Program-made: the position numbers and the translations under genes | Origin: a virus | Taxonomy: Duplodnaviria > Caudoviricetes | Virus record (IMG/VR): IMGVR_UViG_3300028326_000328 | Coordinates: 1 to 64,000 of that record | DNA length: 64,000 nucleotides | Reading direction: 5' to 3' (one strand) | The notes under the pieces: model-generated | What the model was told of the DNA's origin: nothing | Seen by the model: only the letters and a program-made list of their open reading frames with translations | Database searches by the model: none | Shown here: piece by piece, positions 46,248 to 56,033 of the stretch | Position numbering within the stretch: position 1 is the first letter of the stretch | Layout of the letters: every line of letters begins with the position of its first letter

Positions 46248-47509
46248 TTGGTTTCCTCCTTTGGTTTGCGGCCAGACGAAGGGGCCGGGTTTGCGTTCCC
46301 GCCCTTTTCAGCCGCCGTGATGGGGATCATGTTGCCGTTGACCAGATAGGCATTGCCGCCATCCGCATCCGGGAGCGGATTGAGGTTTTCGAGGTCGCGG
46401 ATGTCGTTGGCGCTCATCCAGCCGTTTTGGCGGGCAATGGCGTAGCCTTCCATGCGCTCCTTGTACGCGCCCCGCATCAGGCCGTCCATGTTGATGCGCA
46501 CAAAAAAACGCCCTTTCTCCTTTTCGGAGAAGAGCGCGCGGTTCATGGACTGCTCGATGCGAACGAGCCATGGCCGGATGGTGTGGACGCCAAAGGAGAT
46601 GGACTGGTGCTCGATGTTTGAGAAGGTGGCGTGTTCCAGATCGCCCACCAGATGCGGGGGCACCCGGAAGATGCGGCAGATCTCCGAAACTTGGAATTTC
46701 CGCGTTTCGAGGAACTGTGCTTCGTTGTTCGGCATGGAGATGCGTTCAAAACGAAGCCCTTCTTCCAAGATTGCCACGCGGTTGGCGTTGGCGGAGCCGC
46801 CATAGGCGGCGTTCCAGCTTTCGCGCAGCGCCTTGGGGTTCTTGACCGTATTGGGGTGGGTCAAGACACCAGCTGGGGTTGCGCCGTTGGCGAAAAACTT
46901 GGAACCGTACTCCTCGGCGGCAATCCCCAAGCCAATCGCGCTTTTCTCCAGTGCGATGGGGCTGTAGCCCACCACGCCGTCAAAACCCAAACCGGGGATG
47001 TGCAGCACCTCTTCCGGCGCAAGCCGGACGGTACGGCCCTCCGTGGTGGTGTAGGTGTAGGTCAGGGCACCCGCGCTGTTGCGGTCAACCTCCATGCGAT
47101 CCGGCAGGAGCGGATAGAGGCCCACGATCTGGCTGCGACCGCTGCGGACGATCTGGCTATAAGAGTTGCCCCACAACAGCAGATGCGAGAGCATGACCTC
47201 GCGCAGAATGAAGGAAGTCATTTCATCGTTCGGCTCGTCATGGAGCAACCGAAACAGGGGATGCTCCAGCGCCTTGACGCTGCCGGTGTCCGTGTTCTCA
47301 TAAACGTGGAGCGGCAAGCTGGCGACCGTTTCAGCGATTACCCGCACACAGGCGTACACCGCCGACACCTGAATGGCCGATTGAGCCGTGACGGATTTGC
47401 CCGCGCCGCTGGAGCCAAAGTAGAAGGCGAGCGCGGCGGACACGGCGTTTTGCAGCGTGGGCCGCCCTTCCGGCTTATCGCGTGACCGGAATAGGCCGAG
47501 TAAATTCAT
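46244..47509 (-). CDS. HK97-family portal protein
   Basis: VYACVRVIAE, LLWGNSY, FRVPPH. Confidence 0.93.
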   Translation of the reverse strand: MNLLGLFRSRDKPEGRPTLQNAVSAALAFYFGSSGAGKSVTAQSAIQVSAVYACVRVIAETVASLPLHVYENTDTGSVKALEHPLFRLLHDEPNDEMTSFILREVMLSHLLLWGNSYSQIVRSGRSQIVGLYPLLPDRMEVDRNSAGALTYTYTTTEGRTVRLAPEEVLHIPGLGFDGVVGYSPIALEKSAIGLGIAAEEYGSKFFANGATPAGVLTHPNTVKNPKALRESWNAAYGGSANANRVAILEEGLRFERISMPNNEAQFLETRKFQVSEICRIFRVPPHLVGDLEHATFSNIEHQSISFGVHTIRPWLVRIEQSMNRALFSEKEKGRFFVRINMDGLMRGAYKERMEGYAIARQNGWMSANDIRDLENLNPLPDADGGNAYLVNGNMIPITAAEKGGNANPAPSSGRKPKEETK

Positions 47510-47529
47510 TCAGTTGCACCTCCATTGGA

Positions 47530-47856
47530 TTACAAACCCGATCCGGTCTTTTTGTCGTGACAGGGCTTGCACAAGGCTTGCCAGTTGGTTTCATCCCAGA
47601 ACAGCGTTTCGTCCCCGCGATGCGGAACGATATGGTCAACGACCGTGGCGGGCGCGAGCAGTCCCTCCCTTCGGCACTCCACGCAAAGGGGATGTCGGCG
47701 GAGGTAGCGCGCACGTGCGCTGCGCCATTTGCCGCCATAGCCACGCTCGGTGGCGCTTTCACGGGCGTACTTCGCCCGGTGCTGTTCGCAATAGGTGCCG
47801 TCCGATAAATTGGGGCATCCCGGATGGCGGCAAGGGCGTTTTGGCTTCTTCGGCAT
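47530..47856 (-). CDS. HNH endonuclease (terminase-associated type)
   Basis: PLCVEC...VDHIVPHRG...NWQALCKPCH. Confidence 0.9.
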   Translation of the reverse strand: MPKKPKRPCRHPGCPNLSDGTYCEQHRAKYARESATERGYGGKWRSARARYLRRHPLCVECRREGLLAPATVVDHIVPHRGDETLFWDETNWQALCKPCHDKKTGSGL

Positions 47857-47866
47857 AGCAGTTCCT

Positions 47867-49420
47867 TCATATAAGAAGCAGACCTCGTTCGTCATAAACG
47901 GAGCCGCCATTTTGATTCTTCATCGCCCGATCCAGCGCCATGACCAACGCCACAGCGCCGTCCACTTTCTCGGTCGATTTCTCTTTGTCGATTTTGAGGT
48001 TTCCTGCCGGATCGGTGCGGACGAAGGCGTTGTCCATGTTCCAACGGAGAACCGGGTGCCCGCCATGGTTGAGCTTCCTCTCAAGGACGATACGCATAAG
48101 CTCCTTCGTCGGCGGGCTCATGTCTTTATATCCCTGGCCGAAGGGTACCATCGTAAAACCGTCGTCCTCCAGCGCCTGCACCATCATCGTGGCGTTCCAG
48201 CGGTCGTAGGCGATTTCTCGGATGTTGTACCGCTCGCCCAGCTGGACGATGAACCGCTCAATGTGGCCATAATGCACCACATTCCCTTCGGTGGTCTGGA
48301 TGAAATCCTGACGCTCCCAGACATCGTACATCACATGATCGCGCCGGACGCGAAGGCCCAGCGTTTCGTCCGGCAGCCAGAAGAAGGGCAGCACGATGTA
48401 CGGTTCGTCCTCGTTCTCGGGCGGGAACACCAACACCAGCGTGGTCAGGTCGGAAGTAGAAGAGAGGTCAAGCCCCGCGTAGCAGGCCCGGCCCTCCAAA
48501 GCTGAAGCGTCAACCACACCACCGCATTCGTCCCATCGATCCATGGGCATCCAGCGGATGGACTGCTTCACCCATTGATTCAGGCGAAGCTGCCGGAACA
48601 TATTCTCATCGGCAGGCGTTTCTATGGCCTTGCGATAAGCATCCCGCACCTTGTCGATGGAGATGGTGTGGCCCAAGGAGGGATTGCACTTGTACCAGTT
48701 CTTTTCATTCTGCCAGTCCTCGTTCTCTCCGAGGCCAAAGATGGTCGGGTAGAAGCGGGGATCGGCTTTCCGACCTTCGAGGATATCCAGCGCCTTTTGG
48801 TGAACCTCCCAGCAAATGCTGTTCCGGTCGGTTCCCGCTGTGGTGAGCAGGAACCAGAGCGGCTGTTTTCGGGCGTCGCCGCTGCCTTGGGTCATCACGT
48901 CGTAAAGCGCGCGCGTTGGTTGGGTGTGAAGCTCATCGAAAATGCAGGCGCTGACGTTCAGGCCGTGTTTGGTGGCCACCTCACTCGACAACACCTGATA
49001 GATGCTCCCCGTGGGCTGGTAGATCATCCGCTTGGTGGAGGGGATGATCTTGATCCGCTTCATGAGCGCGGGGGACTGCTTAACCATATCAACGGCGACA
49101 TCGAAAACGATGCCTGCTTGTTGCCTGTCAGCAGCACAGCTATACACCTCGGCCTTCCACTCACTGTCGTTCACCAGCATATTGAGCGCAATGGCCGCGC
49201 CAAGTTCGGACTTACCTTGTTTCTTGGGGATTTCAATGTAAGCCGTGGTGTACTGGCGCATCGTCGGGTCATCCTCCCGAACCGTGCCGAACACATCCGA
49301 GATGATCTTCTCCTGCCAAGGGAGAAGCTGAAAGTTCTTCCCATGGAATTCGCCCTTTGTATGCTTCAAACACTGGACAAAATCGATCACGCGGCGGGCC
49401 TTTGCAGGATCAAACGCCAT
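47867..49420 (-). CDS. terL: Terminase large subunit
   Basis: IPKKQGKS Walker A, FDELH, GLDLSSTSD, KIDKEKSTEKVDG. Confidence 0.94.
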   Translation of the reverse strand: MAFDPAKARRVIDFVQCLKHTKGEFHGKNFQLLPWQEKIISDVFGTVREDDPTMRQYTTAYIEIPKKQGKSELGAAIALNMLVNDSEWKAEVYSCAADRQQAGIVFDVAVDMVKQSPALMKRIKIIPSTKRMIYQPTGSIYQVLSSEVATKHGLNVSACIFDELHTQPTRALYDVMTQGSGDARKQPLWFLLTTAGTDRNSICWEVHQKALDILEGRKADPRFYPTIFGLGENEDWQNEKNWYKCNPSLGHTISIDKVRDAYRKAIETPADENMFRQLRLNQWVKQSIRWMPMDRWDECGGVVDASALEGRACYAGLDLSSTSDLTTLVLVFPPENEDEPYIVLPFFWLPDETLGLRVRRDHVMYDVWERQDFIQTTEGNVVHYGHIERFIVQLGERYNIREIAYDRWNATMMVQALEDDGFTMVPFGQGYKDMSPPTKELMRIVLERKLNHGGHPVLRWNMDNAFVRTDPAGNLKIDKEKSTEKVDGAVALVMALDRAMKNQNGGSVYDERGLLLI

Positions 49421-49904
49421 TGTTCCAGCCCCCTTTCAGGAGCCTTTCCATTGGATCGTCCGCAAAGGTATTGTCTGAACCGCCGCCCGCCGCGATGATC
49501 CGGGCGCGGGTAGCCGGGGTCAGGCCAAACTCGGTGCAGAAGCTCTGCATGATCTTCAGGTTCTGTTGGGCGATGGACACCTGCGGCACCTGCTGGACGT
49601 AGCCGGACGGCGTTTTGAAGATAGAGCCATGCTGGGTGATGAATTCCTCAGCTTCCCGCCAACGGGCATATGCCTGACAATAGCCTGCGAAGGCAGTCAG
49701 GTCAGCCATGGTCAGCACACCCATGGCTTCCAGCGAGGTGGCCAGCCGTTTCCATTCCTTTTTCGCCTCGGGCAGCAGCCATGCGGGGCATTTCAAGTCG
49801 CCCTTGGGCGGGACAGGTTCGTGTTCGTTGATCGGGCGCTTGCCCGGATTGCCTTCCAATATCCGCATAGCCGTAGGCTTGGGCTTTCTGCCTCTGGTCG
49901 CCAA
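49410..49904 (-). CDS. terS: Terminase small subunit (P27 family)
   Basis: GRKPKPTA...GNPGKR, FGLTPATR. Confidence 0.92.
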   Translation of the reverse strand: MATRGRKPKPTAMRILEGNPGKRPINEHEPVPPKGDLKCPAWLLPEAKKEWKRLATSLEAMGVLTMADLTAFAGYCQAYARWREAEEFITQHGSIFKTPSGYVQQVPQVSIAQQNLKIMQSFCTEFGLTPATRARIIAAGGGSDNTFADDPMERLLKGGWNNGV

Positions 49905-49969
49905 CCGGCACACCTCCTTTCTCGTGAAAATAAGAAAAGCGCCACTGGCGCTTGAGTCTGTTTACGGTT

Positions 49970-52096
49970 TCAGGCCATGGCAGCCATCATCATCGATACT
50001 TCCCTATCGGGCAGTGCTTTCTGATAAACTGTCAGGTGGCTTACGGTCACGGCGCTGAACCGGAATTTTGTCAGATGGTCGGTATCCTGACAGCCAATGA
50101 GCAAATTCCCCAGATACGGCTTCTCAAGTGAGGTGTTCTTCCGTTCCGCGACAAAAATACCATCTTTGAGGATGCGATAGCTGTGGCGGTTTTTGATAAT
50201 CGCCAGCACGGAGTACATCTCAGAGTTTCCCGGTACGACGCCGCCAAAGTTGCGCCCAACGATGACATTGACCTCGTCCCCGACGCAGTTGTAGTCGCGC
50301 CGGATCAGCAACCCCTCGTAATTCGGGAAAATCTCTGAAAAGCACGAACAGATGACCTTTTCCTCGGAAGCGATTGCGTTTGCATAGCGGAGGATCAGTG
50401 TCCAGTCACGGTCAATGTTGTCGAAGATGCGGATGCCGGTATCCACATAAGCGCCTATGCCATCGCCGATGAACGGTTCCGGCAGGTTGTACAGAACACG
50501 GCCATGATTGCCGTTCGCCGTGGTGCGCAGGTTGCGGATCATGTAATCCACGTATTGTGCTCGCCGTGGGATGTACTCTCGCAGCTGATCCAGATCGCGC
50601 ACCATCATCTCGATGTCGGGCCACGCTTTTACGTCCTCGCCATACAATCGTTGGGGGATGCGCTCCGTATACTCCTCGAAAGCCGCCAGAATGGTGGCCG
50701 TGTTGAGTGCGCTTGTGCGCAGTTCCTCGTAGCGGGCGGCCAATTCATCGGGGAAGCATCTGACCAGCTTTTCCCACAAGCGACTATTTGGGCAGTCGTA
50801 TTCATCAGGGCATTTTCGGTCGTAGCTGATTGCGCTCTTCCCATCCCAGATGACACCCCATAAGCTGTCGAGATCATAGAGGCTGGGAAACCATACCTGA
50901 CGGTCAAAGGTGACCATTAGCATATTCTTGGCGAGGTTGTCGGTGGCAGCCGAAAGATAGGCAAAACAATAGTAGTTCAGGCAGGCGTTCAGGTCAAGGA
51001 ATTGTCCGAGCCGCTCCCGAAAATCGGTATCGTTTGCATCGCGTACAAATTCCACCATGCGATTGAACGCGACCAGCGCCGAACCATCGTCCCGGCCATA
51101 CTCCACCGACCATTCCTCGGACGTAGCGCTTTGCTGAAATGCGCATGAGTCGGTTTGAGTTTCCGCACACATAATCAGGGCCGTTTCTTTTTCTTCATCG
51201 CCTAAGCCGAACAACCAGCCAGCCTTGGGAATCGTCCAGCTGTACAGGCCCACGCAAACGCCATTTATGTGAAGCAGCACAGGGAACCCATCGATCAGTC
51301 CTCGATTGGGCGTACCTTGAAAAAGACCGTACTGCTTCTGCATCCCGGCTGCCAGCCGAGCGGAAACCATGTTGCAGGCATGTGTCCGGTCTACCCAATC
51401 CGCCTTGAGAACATAGCGATTCTGCGCCCCCCAGCCAGAGCGCAGGATTACGTTCTTCTTTTCAACAAGTCCATCATCCTCGTGCAGGTAAACGGTGAAG
51501 TTCTTCTTGGGATAGTTGAGTGAGGACGTTCCTTGCGGCTTCATCCGAAGGGCGCAATCAAAGTTCAGCGCGGCGCTTCGATAGGAGAGCCGCGCAATAC
51601 GCTCATCGGCTTTTCCATTCCAGTCCGTCAGGTAATCGCCTTCAATAAAGACCTTGGGTATATCCGAATCCAGCCGCGCGACCAAGCGGGTAAGCTGGTC
51701 TGTCCATGCCTGTCCGACACTTGCGGGAGCGGGGCCTTTGGCAAGCGCAGTATTTACGGTTGCCGCAGCAGATGAAGTTTTCATCAGCCGCCCATCCCGC
51801 TCGGCGCACACCTCAAAGCTCACATTTCCGGGCGCAGCAAGCACCTCGGACGGAATTAGGGCACTCAACTTGCCATCTTCGGGAGCTATACCAGCAAGGA
51901 GCGGCCAAGTCGCCTGATCTGGCAAACGCACCAGTACACTGTACACGGCCCCTTCAAAGGCTTGTGTCCATCCGCCCACATCGACCACCAATTGAGTAGC
52001 TTCTACCTCGCCACAGCGGCCAAGAACCTTCGTCGATCCTTTGATGGAAAGCGTGCCCCCGGAGGAAACCGTGAGTTCAAACCTTCTCAACGACAT
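49970..52096 (-). CDS. CotH kinase-family protein with extra N- and C-terminal domains
   Basis: QGTSSLNYPKKNF, LKADWVD, DNLAKN, YDLD motifs. Confidence 0.75.
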   Translation of the reverse strand: MSLRRFELTVSSGGTLSIKGSTKVLGRCGEVEATQLVVDVGGWTQAFEGAVYSVLVRLPDQATWPLLAGIAPEDGKLSALIPSEVLAAPGNVSFEVCAERDGRLMKTSSAAATVNTALAKGPAPASVGQAWTDQLTRLVARLDSDIPKVFIEGDYLTDWNGKADERIARLSYRSAALNFDCALRMKPQGTSSLNYPKKNFTVYLHEDDGLVEKKNVILRSGWGAQNRYVLKADWVDRTHACNMVSARLAAGMQKQYGLFQGTPNRGLIDGFPVLLHINGVCVGLYSWTIPKAGWLFGLGDEEKETALIMCAETQTDSCAFQQSATSEEWSVEYGRDDGSALVAFNRMVEFVRDANDTDFRERLGQFLDLNACLNYYCFAYLSAATDNLAKNMLMVTFDRQVWFPSLYDLDSLWGVIWDGKSAISYDRKCPDEYDCPNSRLWEKLVRCFPDELAARYEELRTSALNTATILAAFEEYTERIPQRLYGEDVKAWPDIEMMVRDLDQLREYIPRRAQYVDYMIRNLRTTANGNHGRVLYNLPEPFIGDGIGAYVDTGIRIFDNIDRDWTLILRYANAIASEEKVICSCFSEIFPNYEGLLIRRDYNCVGDEVNVIVGRNFGGVVPGNSEMYSVLAIIKNRHSYRILKDGIFVAERKNTSLEKPYLGNLLIGCQDTDHLTKFRFSAVTVSHLTVYQKALPDREVSMMMAAMA

Positions 52097-53342
52097 CACC
52101 TCCACGGAAAACTTGGTCGTAGGCGAGCACATCGCGGCCACGTAGAACCTCCACGCCGACAGCCCCACCGACCTGATTGACATACCGCTGCACAATGACG
52201 CTGGCGTACTTGGGATCAAGCTCCATCGTCCGGCAGATGCGGTCGGTCTGCTCACAGGCGATGAGCGTACTGCCAGAGCCGCCAAAAAGATCAAGCACCA
52301 CGCCGTTGGGCGCGGAGCTATTCTTGATGGGATAGGCCAGCAGCGGAATCGGCTTCATCGTGGGATGCTCGGCGCTGCGCTTGGGTTTGTCGAAGTTCCA
52401 GATGGTGGATTGCTTGCGGTCGGCGAACCACCGGTGCTTCCCGTTGGGTAGCCAGCCAAACAGGATCGGCTCATGCTGCCACTGGTAGGGCGAGCGCCCC
52501 AGCACCAAAGAGTTCTTGGCCCAGATGCATACGCCGCTGATGTGGAAGCCCGCCTCTTTGAAGGCGCGCCGGAAGTTCAAGCCCTCCGTGTCGGCATGGA
52601 AGATGTAGGCCGAACCGCCCTCGGCCATATGCGCGGCCATGTTGCGGAACGCAGCCAGCAGGAAATCAAAGAACTTCCCGTCCGACATGCTGTCGTTCTG
52701 GATGGACTTGCCGTCCGCGCTTTCGTAGGCGACATTATAGGGAGGGTCGGTCACCACAAGGTTGGCTTTCAGGCCATCCATGAGCAAGACCACATCGGCC
52801 TCGCTGGTAGCGTCGCCGCAGACCATCCGGTGCCGTCCCAGCGTCCAAATGTCGCCGGACTCCACGAAGGGCTTGATCCCCTCCGGGTCGATGTCGCACT
52901 CGTCGTCCTTGACGTCCTTGTCGTGAACCTTGGAGAACAGGTCATCAATCTCAGCGGCATCAAAGCCGGTCGCGCCGAGGTCGTAGCCATTCTGCTGGAG
53001 GTCTGAGAGCAGGTCGGCCAACGCCACAGGCTCCCATTCACCGACCGCTTTGTTGAGGGCGATGTTGAGGGCCTTTTCGTCCTGCGGGTTTTCGATATGC
53101 ACCACAACGCAATCGATCTCCGTAGCGCCCTCGGCGGTAAGCACCTTGTACCGCTGATGGCCGCCCACGATGTTGCCGGTCACCTCATTCCAGATCACGG
53201 GATCGACATAGCCGAATTCCTTGAGGCTGCGCCTGATCTTCTCGAAGGCCGGATCGCCGGGCTTGAGGTCTTTGCGCGGGTTATACTTCGCGGGCTTGAG
53301 CCGCTCCACGGCGATCCGCTGCAAGTTCATGGTCGTGTTCAC
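52077..53342 (-). CDS. ParB-like N-terminal domain DNA methyltransferase (N6/N4)
   Basis: LKPAKYNPR, VGGHQR, TDPPY, HPTMKP, DLFGGSGST. Confidence 0.9.
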   Translation of the reverse strand: MNTTMNLQRIAVERLKPAKYNPRKDLKPGDPAFEKIRRSLKEFGYVDPVIWNEVTGNIVGGHQRYKVLTAEGATEIDCVVVHIENPQDEKALNIALNKAVGEWEPVALADLLSDLQQNGYDLGATGFDAAEIDDLFSKVHDKDVKDDECDIDPEGIKPFVESGDIWTLGRHRMVCGDATSEADVVLLMDGLKANLVVTDPPYNVAYESADGKSIQNDSMSDGKFFDFLLAAFRNMAAHMAEGGSAYIFHADTEGLNFRRAFKEAGFHISGVCIWAKNSLVLGRSPYQWQHEPILFGWLPNGKHRWFADRKQSTIWNFDKPKRSAEHPTMKPIPLLAYPIKNSSAPNGVVLDLFGGSGSTLIACEQTDRICRTMELDPKYASVIVQRYVNQVGGAVGVEVLRGRDVLAYDQVFRGGDVVEKV

Positions 53343-53400
53343 CGGGTTTCCTCCTTCAACAGCAACAGCCGCCCAATCGGACGGCTGATTTTTCGTTTTG

Positions 53401-53500
53401 GGGGCTGATACCCCCACCCCCGAATTTCGCGGGATTTCACGCGAGAGGGGGGCGCGGTCTCCAGCCGGGGCGCTCCAGAGATCGAATCCCCCCTCCCCAA
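53401..53500 (-). other. Putative cos / packaging-initiation region
   Basis: G-run-rich segment (minus strand GGGGAGGGGGG...GAGACCGCGCCCCCCTCTCGCGTG...CGCGAAATTCGGGGGTGGGG) resembling sequences upstream of terS in HK97-type phages; from pattern memory only. Confidence 0.45.
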
Positions 53501-53505
53501 TACAG

Positions 53506-53690
53506 TTTCGCAGAGCAAAGCGCGAAAGCCGACCACGGCGGTGGACTTTCGCACGGCGAAGCGCGAAAGCCGACCGCGCCGCTGGGACTTCTGCGAAGCA
53601 AAGCGCAAAACCCACCACGGCGGTGGGACTTCTGCGAAGCAAAGCGCAAAAGCCGACCGCGCCGGTCGGGCTTTCGCAGAGCAAAGCGGA
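53506..53690. repeat. Tandem array of about 4.5 imperfect 41-42 bp self-complementary repeats
   Basis: Units TTTCGCAGAGCAAAGCGCGAAAGCCGACCACGGCGGTGGAC and variants. Confidence 0.85.
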
Positions 53691-53816
53691 GAAGCGTTTT
53701 CGGGAAAAAACGGGCGGCGGGCGGGCGAAAACGGGCCGCGCGAAAGGCGCTTCCTATATAGCGCGTGGGGCCGCCGCCGTATCAGAAAAGACGCAAAAAC
53801 GTCGCCGTTAGTTATC

Positions 53817-53846
53817 TTGCGTTTTTGCGCCGCCGGAGTGATGAAT
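53817..53846 (+). promoter_or_regulatory. Putative promoter of accessory operon A
   Basis: TTGCGT-N18-ATGAAT with GAGTGATGAATG, like the promoters at 59117 and 59636. Confidence 0.55.
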
Positions 53847-53914
53847 GGGTCGCGGCAAAAAACGCCGCCGCCGCGGGCGGGAAAAACCGCCGGGCGCGAA
53901 AGGGGAACCCCGCC

Positions 53915-54262
53915 GTGACCACCGCCGAAAAAACCGCCGCCGAAACCTTCTGCGCCGCCGCCGCCGCGCAAACCGCCGAAACCCGCGCCGCCGCCGACCG
54001 GGCCTTCCGGGCCAGCGCCCGCGCCGCCGAGGTGCCCTTCCGCGAAACCCGCGCCGCCGCCGCCCGCGCCAGCGAGGACGCCCGTCGCGCCGCCGAAAAA
54101 GCCGACGCCCTTTTGGACGGCTTTGACCCGGAGCCCTACAGCGACGGGCCGGGCGGGCTTTTCGACCAGACCTTTCAGGCCCTCATGGCGGCACACATGG
54201 CCCTAGACAGCGCCGCCCGCCGCGCCGCCTTCGCCGCCCGGTGTGCCCAAGAGAAGGCGTAG
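53915..54262 (+). CDS. Ala-rich helical hypothetical protein; first gene of accessory operon A
   Basis: GTG start after GAAAGGGG; positional counterpart of 70..441. Confidence 0.6.
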   Translation: MTTAEKTAAETFCAAAAAQTAETRAAADRAFRASARAAEVPFRETRAAAARASEDARRAAEKADALLDGFDPEPYSDGPGGLFDQTFQALMAAHMALDSAARRAAFAARCAQEKA

Positions 54263-54327
54263 GCCCGCCCGATGAGGGCCGGTGGCTCCGGCCCGAAACG
54301 CGCACACCGCGCGTCGCGGGAAGCCGC
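54263..54327 (+). ncRNA. Type I hammerhead ribozyme HHR-A1 (CCGATGA core variant)
   Basis: CCCGC-CCGATGA-GGGCCGG-tggct-CCGGCCC-GAAA-CGCGC-acacc-GCGCG-TC(54315)-GCGGG-AAGCCG. Confidence 0.8.
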
Positions 54328-54353
54328 AAAAACACGAAAGGAGAGGTCTCCTC

Positions 54354-55220
54354 ATGAAAGACCAGACATTCGGCATTGAGATTGAAATGAACCACATCTC
54401 TCGCGCCAAGGCGGCGGAGGTCATCGCCGCGCATTTCGGCACACGCGTGGAATTTGTCGGCGGCACCTACGACACCCGGTGTGTGCCCGACGGGCAAGGC
54501 CGCAAATGGAAGGTGGTGTCCGACGCCAGCATCGATGGGCCTGCCAACGAGCGCACGGAATTTGTCAGCCCCATCTGCCGGTGGGAGGACATCGAAACGG
54601 TACAGGAATTGGTGCGCAACCTCCGCAAGGCGGGCGCGCGACCCGACCCCAGCTGCGGCATCCACGTCCACATCGGGCGCGGGCGGCACACGCCCAAAAC
54701 CCTTCGGAATTTGGTCAACTTGGTCAACGCCAAGGAGGACTTGCTTACGCTGGCTCTCCAAATCTCGCCCGAGCGCCGCGAGCGGTGGTGCAAAAGAATC
54801 GACCCCGACTTCCTCGAACGCCTGAACCGCCGCAAACCGCAAACCGACGCCGCCTTCGCCCAGCTTTGGTACAACACCTCCGGCTGGCAATCACACGCCA
54901 ACCAGCACTACGACCAAAGTCGCTACCGGCTCCTAAATCTACACAGCGTTTTCCAAAAGGGCACGGTGGAATTCCGCGCCTTCAACGCGACGCTCCACGC
55001 GGGCGAGGTCAAGACCTACATCCAGCTTTGCATGGCGATTTCGCACATGGCTTTGGAATCAAGTTCGGCCTCCCCGCGCCGCCCGGAAACGGACAACCCG
55101 AAGTACACCTTCCGGTGCTGGCTCCTCCGGCTGGGGTTCATCGGCCCGGAGTTTGAAACCGCCCGCCAGCACCTGCTCAAATACCTGCCCGGCAACGCCG
55201 CTTGGAGACAGGCGGGCTGA
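54354..55220 (+). CDS. Putative amidoligase (paralog of 470..1336, same length)
   Basis: FGIEIE, CGIHVHIG, TVEFRAFN. Confidence 0.88.
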   Translation: MKDQTFGIEIEMNHISRAKAAEVIAAHFGTRVEFVGGTYDTRCVPDGQGRKWKVVSDASIDGPANERTEFVSPICRWEDIETVQELVRNLRKAGARPDPSCGIHVHIGRGRHTPKTLRNLVNLVNAKEDLLTLALQISPERRERWCKRIDPDFLERLNRRKPQTDAAFAQLWYNTSGWQSHANQHYDQSRYRLLNLHSVFQKGTVEFRAFNATLHAGEVKTYIQLCMAISHMALESSSASPRRPETDNPKYTFRCWLLRLGFIGPEFETARQHLLKYLPGNAAWRQAG

Positions 55221-55260
55221 CGCCCGACCGGCACAGCTTCCAAATCAAGTGTGCTGTGCC

Positions 55261-55321
55261 GCCCGCCCGACGAGGCTGATTGGCCATCAGCCGAAACGTG
55301 CCACACGTCGCGGGAAGCCAC
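55261..55321 (+). ncRNA. Type I hammerhead ribozyme HHR-A2 (CCGACGA core variant)
   Basis: CCCGC-CCGACGA-GGCTGAT-tggcc-ATCAGCC-GAAA-CGTG-cca-CACG-TC(55309)-GCGGG-AAGCCA. Confidence 0.8.
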
Positions 55322-55368
55322 CGGCAGTGCCGGTACCAAAGCCCCCAAATCAAGCGAGGAGGTACACC

Positions 55369-55602
55369 ATGAACGAACGTATCCACCAAGAAATCCGAGG
55401 ACTCCTGAATCACATGCGCCAAGAGCCATTCAATACGCGCGAACACGCCCTCAACATCGCCGCAATCGGTGGCATGCTCACAGCCATCAGGTTCATCACC
55501 GGCGAAAGCTGGGCGATGGTCAACGCAAATCGCGCGACCCGGATGCACATCCAGAACGAAAGGACGGGCGAGTGCATCGAGGGGGATGTCGAAATGTTCT
55601 GA
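55369..55602 (+). CDS. Small hypothetical protein (77 aa)
   Basis: GAGGAGGT RBS. Confidence 0.72.
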   Translation: MNERIHQEIRGLLNHMRQEPFNTREHALNIAAIGGMLTAIRFITGESWAMVNANRATRMHIQNERTGECIEGDVEMF

Positions 55603-55607
55603 AATAA

Positions 55608-55680
55608 GCCCGCCTGACGAGCAGCCCGGTGGCTCCGGGCCGAAACGCTCCGAAATCAACCGGAGCATCGCGGGAAGCCC
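55608..55680 (+). ncRNA. Type I hammerhead ribozyme HHR-A3 (ATC triplet, bulged stem II)
   Basis: CCCGC-CTGACGA-G(ca)GCCCGG-tggct-CCGGGCC-GAAA-CGCTCCG-aaatcaac-CGGAGC-ATC(55669)-GCGGG. Confidence 0.7.
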
Positions 55681-55710
55681 AGCTTCCAAATCAAACGCAG
55701 GAGGTACACC

Positions 55711-55935
55711 ATGAACGAGCATGTGCAAAATCAGGATTCCATCATCACCGAGGAAATCGTAGAGGAAGCCCTTGACGGAATCCTAAACGGGGAATGGGAC
55801 ACAGAAAACAGCGCCCTCGAAGGCGCTCGAACCCGGACATTCCAACAGGCGGGCGTCATGACCTACAACAAGGGGTTGATCATCACCTTGCCCGACGGCA
55901 CAGAGTACCAACTGACCATCGTCCGCAGCCGGTAA
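55711..55935 (+). CDS. Small acidic hypothetical protein (paralog of 1969..2193)
   Basis: AGGAGGT RBS; conserved C-terminus. Confidence 0.8.
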   Translation: MNEHVQNQDSIITEEIVEEALDGILNGEWDTENSALEGARTRTFQQAGVMTYNKGLIITLPDGTEYQLTIVRSR

Positions 55936-55937
55936 GA

Positions 55938-56002
55938 CGCCCACGGGGACACAGCTTAGCACAGGACGAAACGCTCCTAACCGGGAGTGTCGCGGGAGCC
56001 GC
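55938..56002 (+). ncRNA. Degenerate hammerhead remnant
   Basis: GAAA-CGCTCC-taacc-GGGAGTG-TC-GCGGG retained; CTGANGA core and stem II lost. Confidence 0.45.
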
Positions 56003-56033
56003 AAGCTTCCAAATCAAGAAGGAGGCACACGTC

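Noticed and set aside
53506-53690. CRISPR array
   Set aside because: Repeats are directly adjacent with no unique spacers and no cas operon; DUF2800 is a phage replication-module exonuclease.
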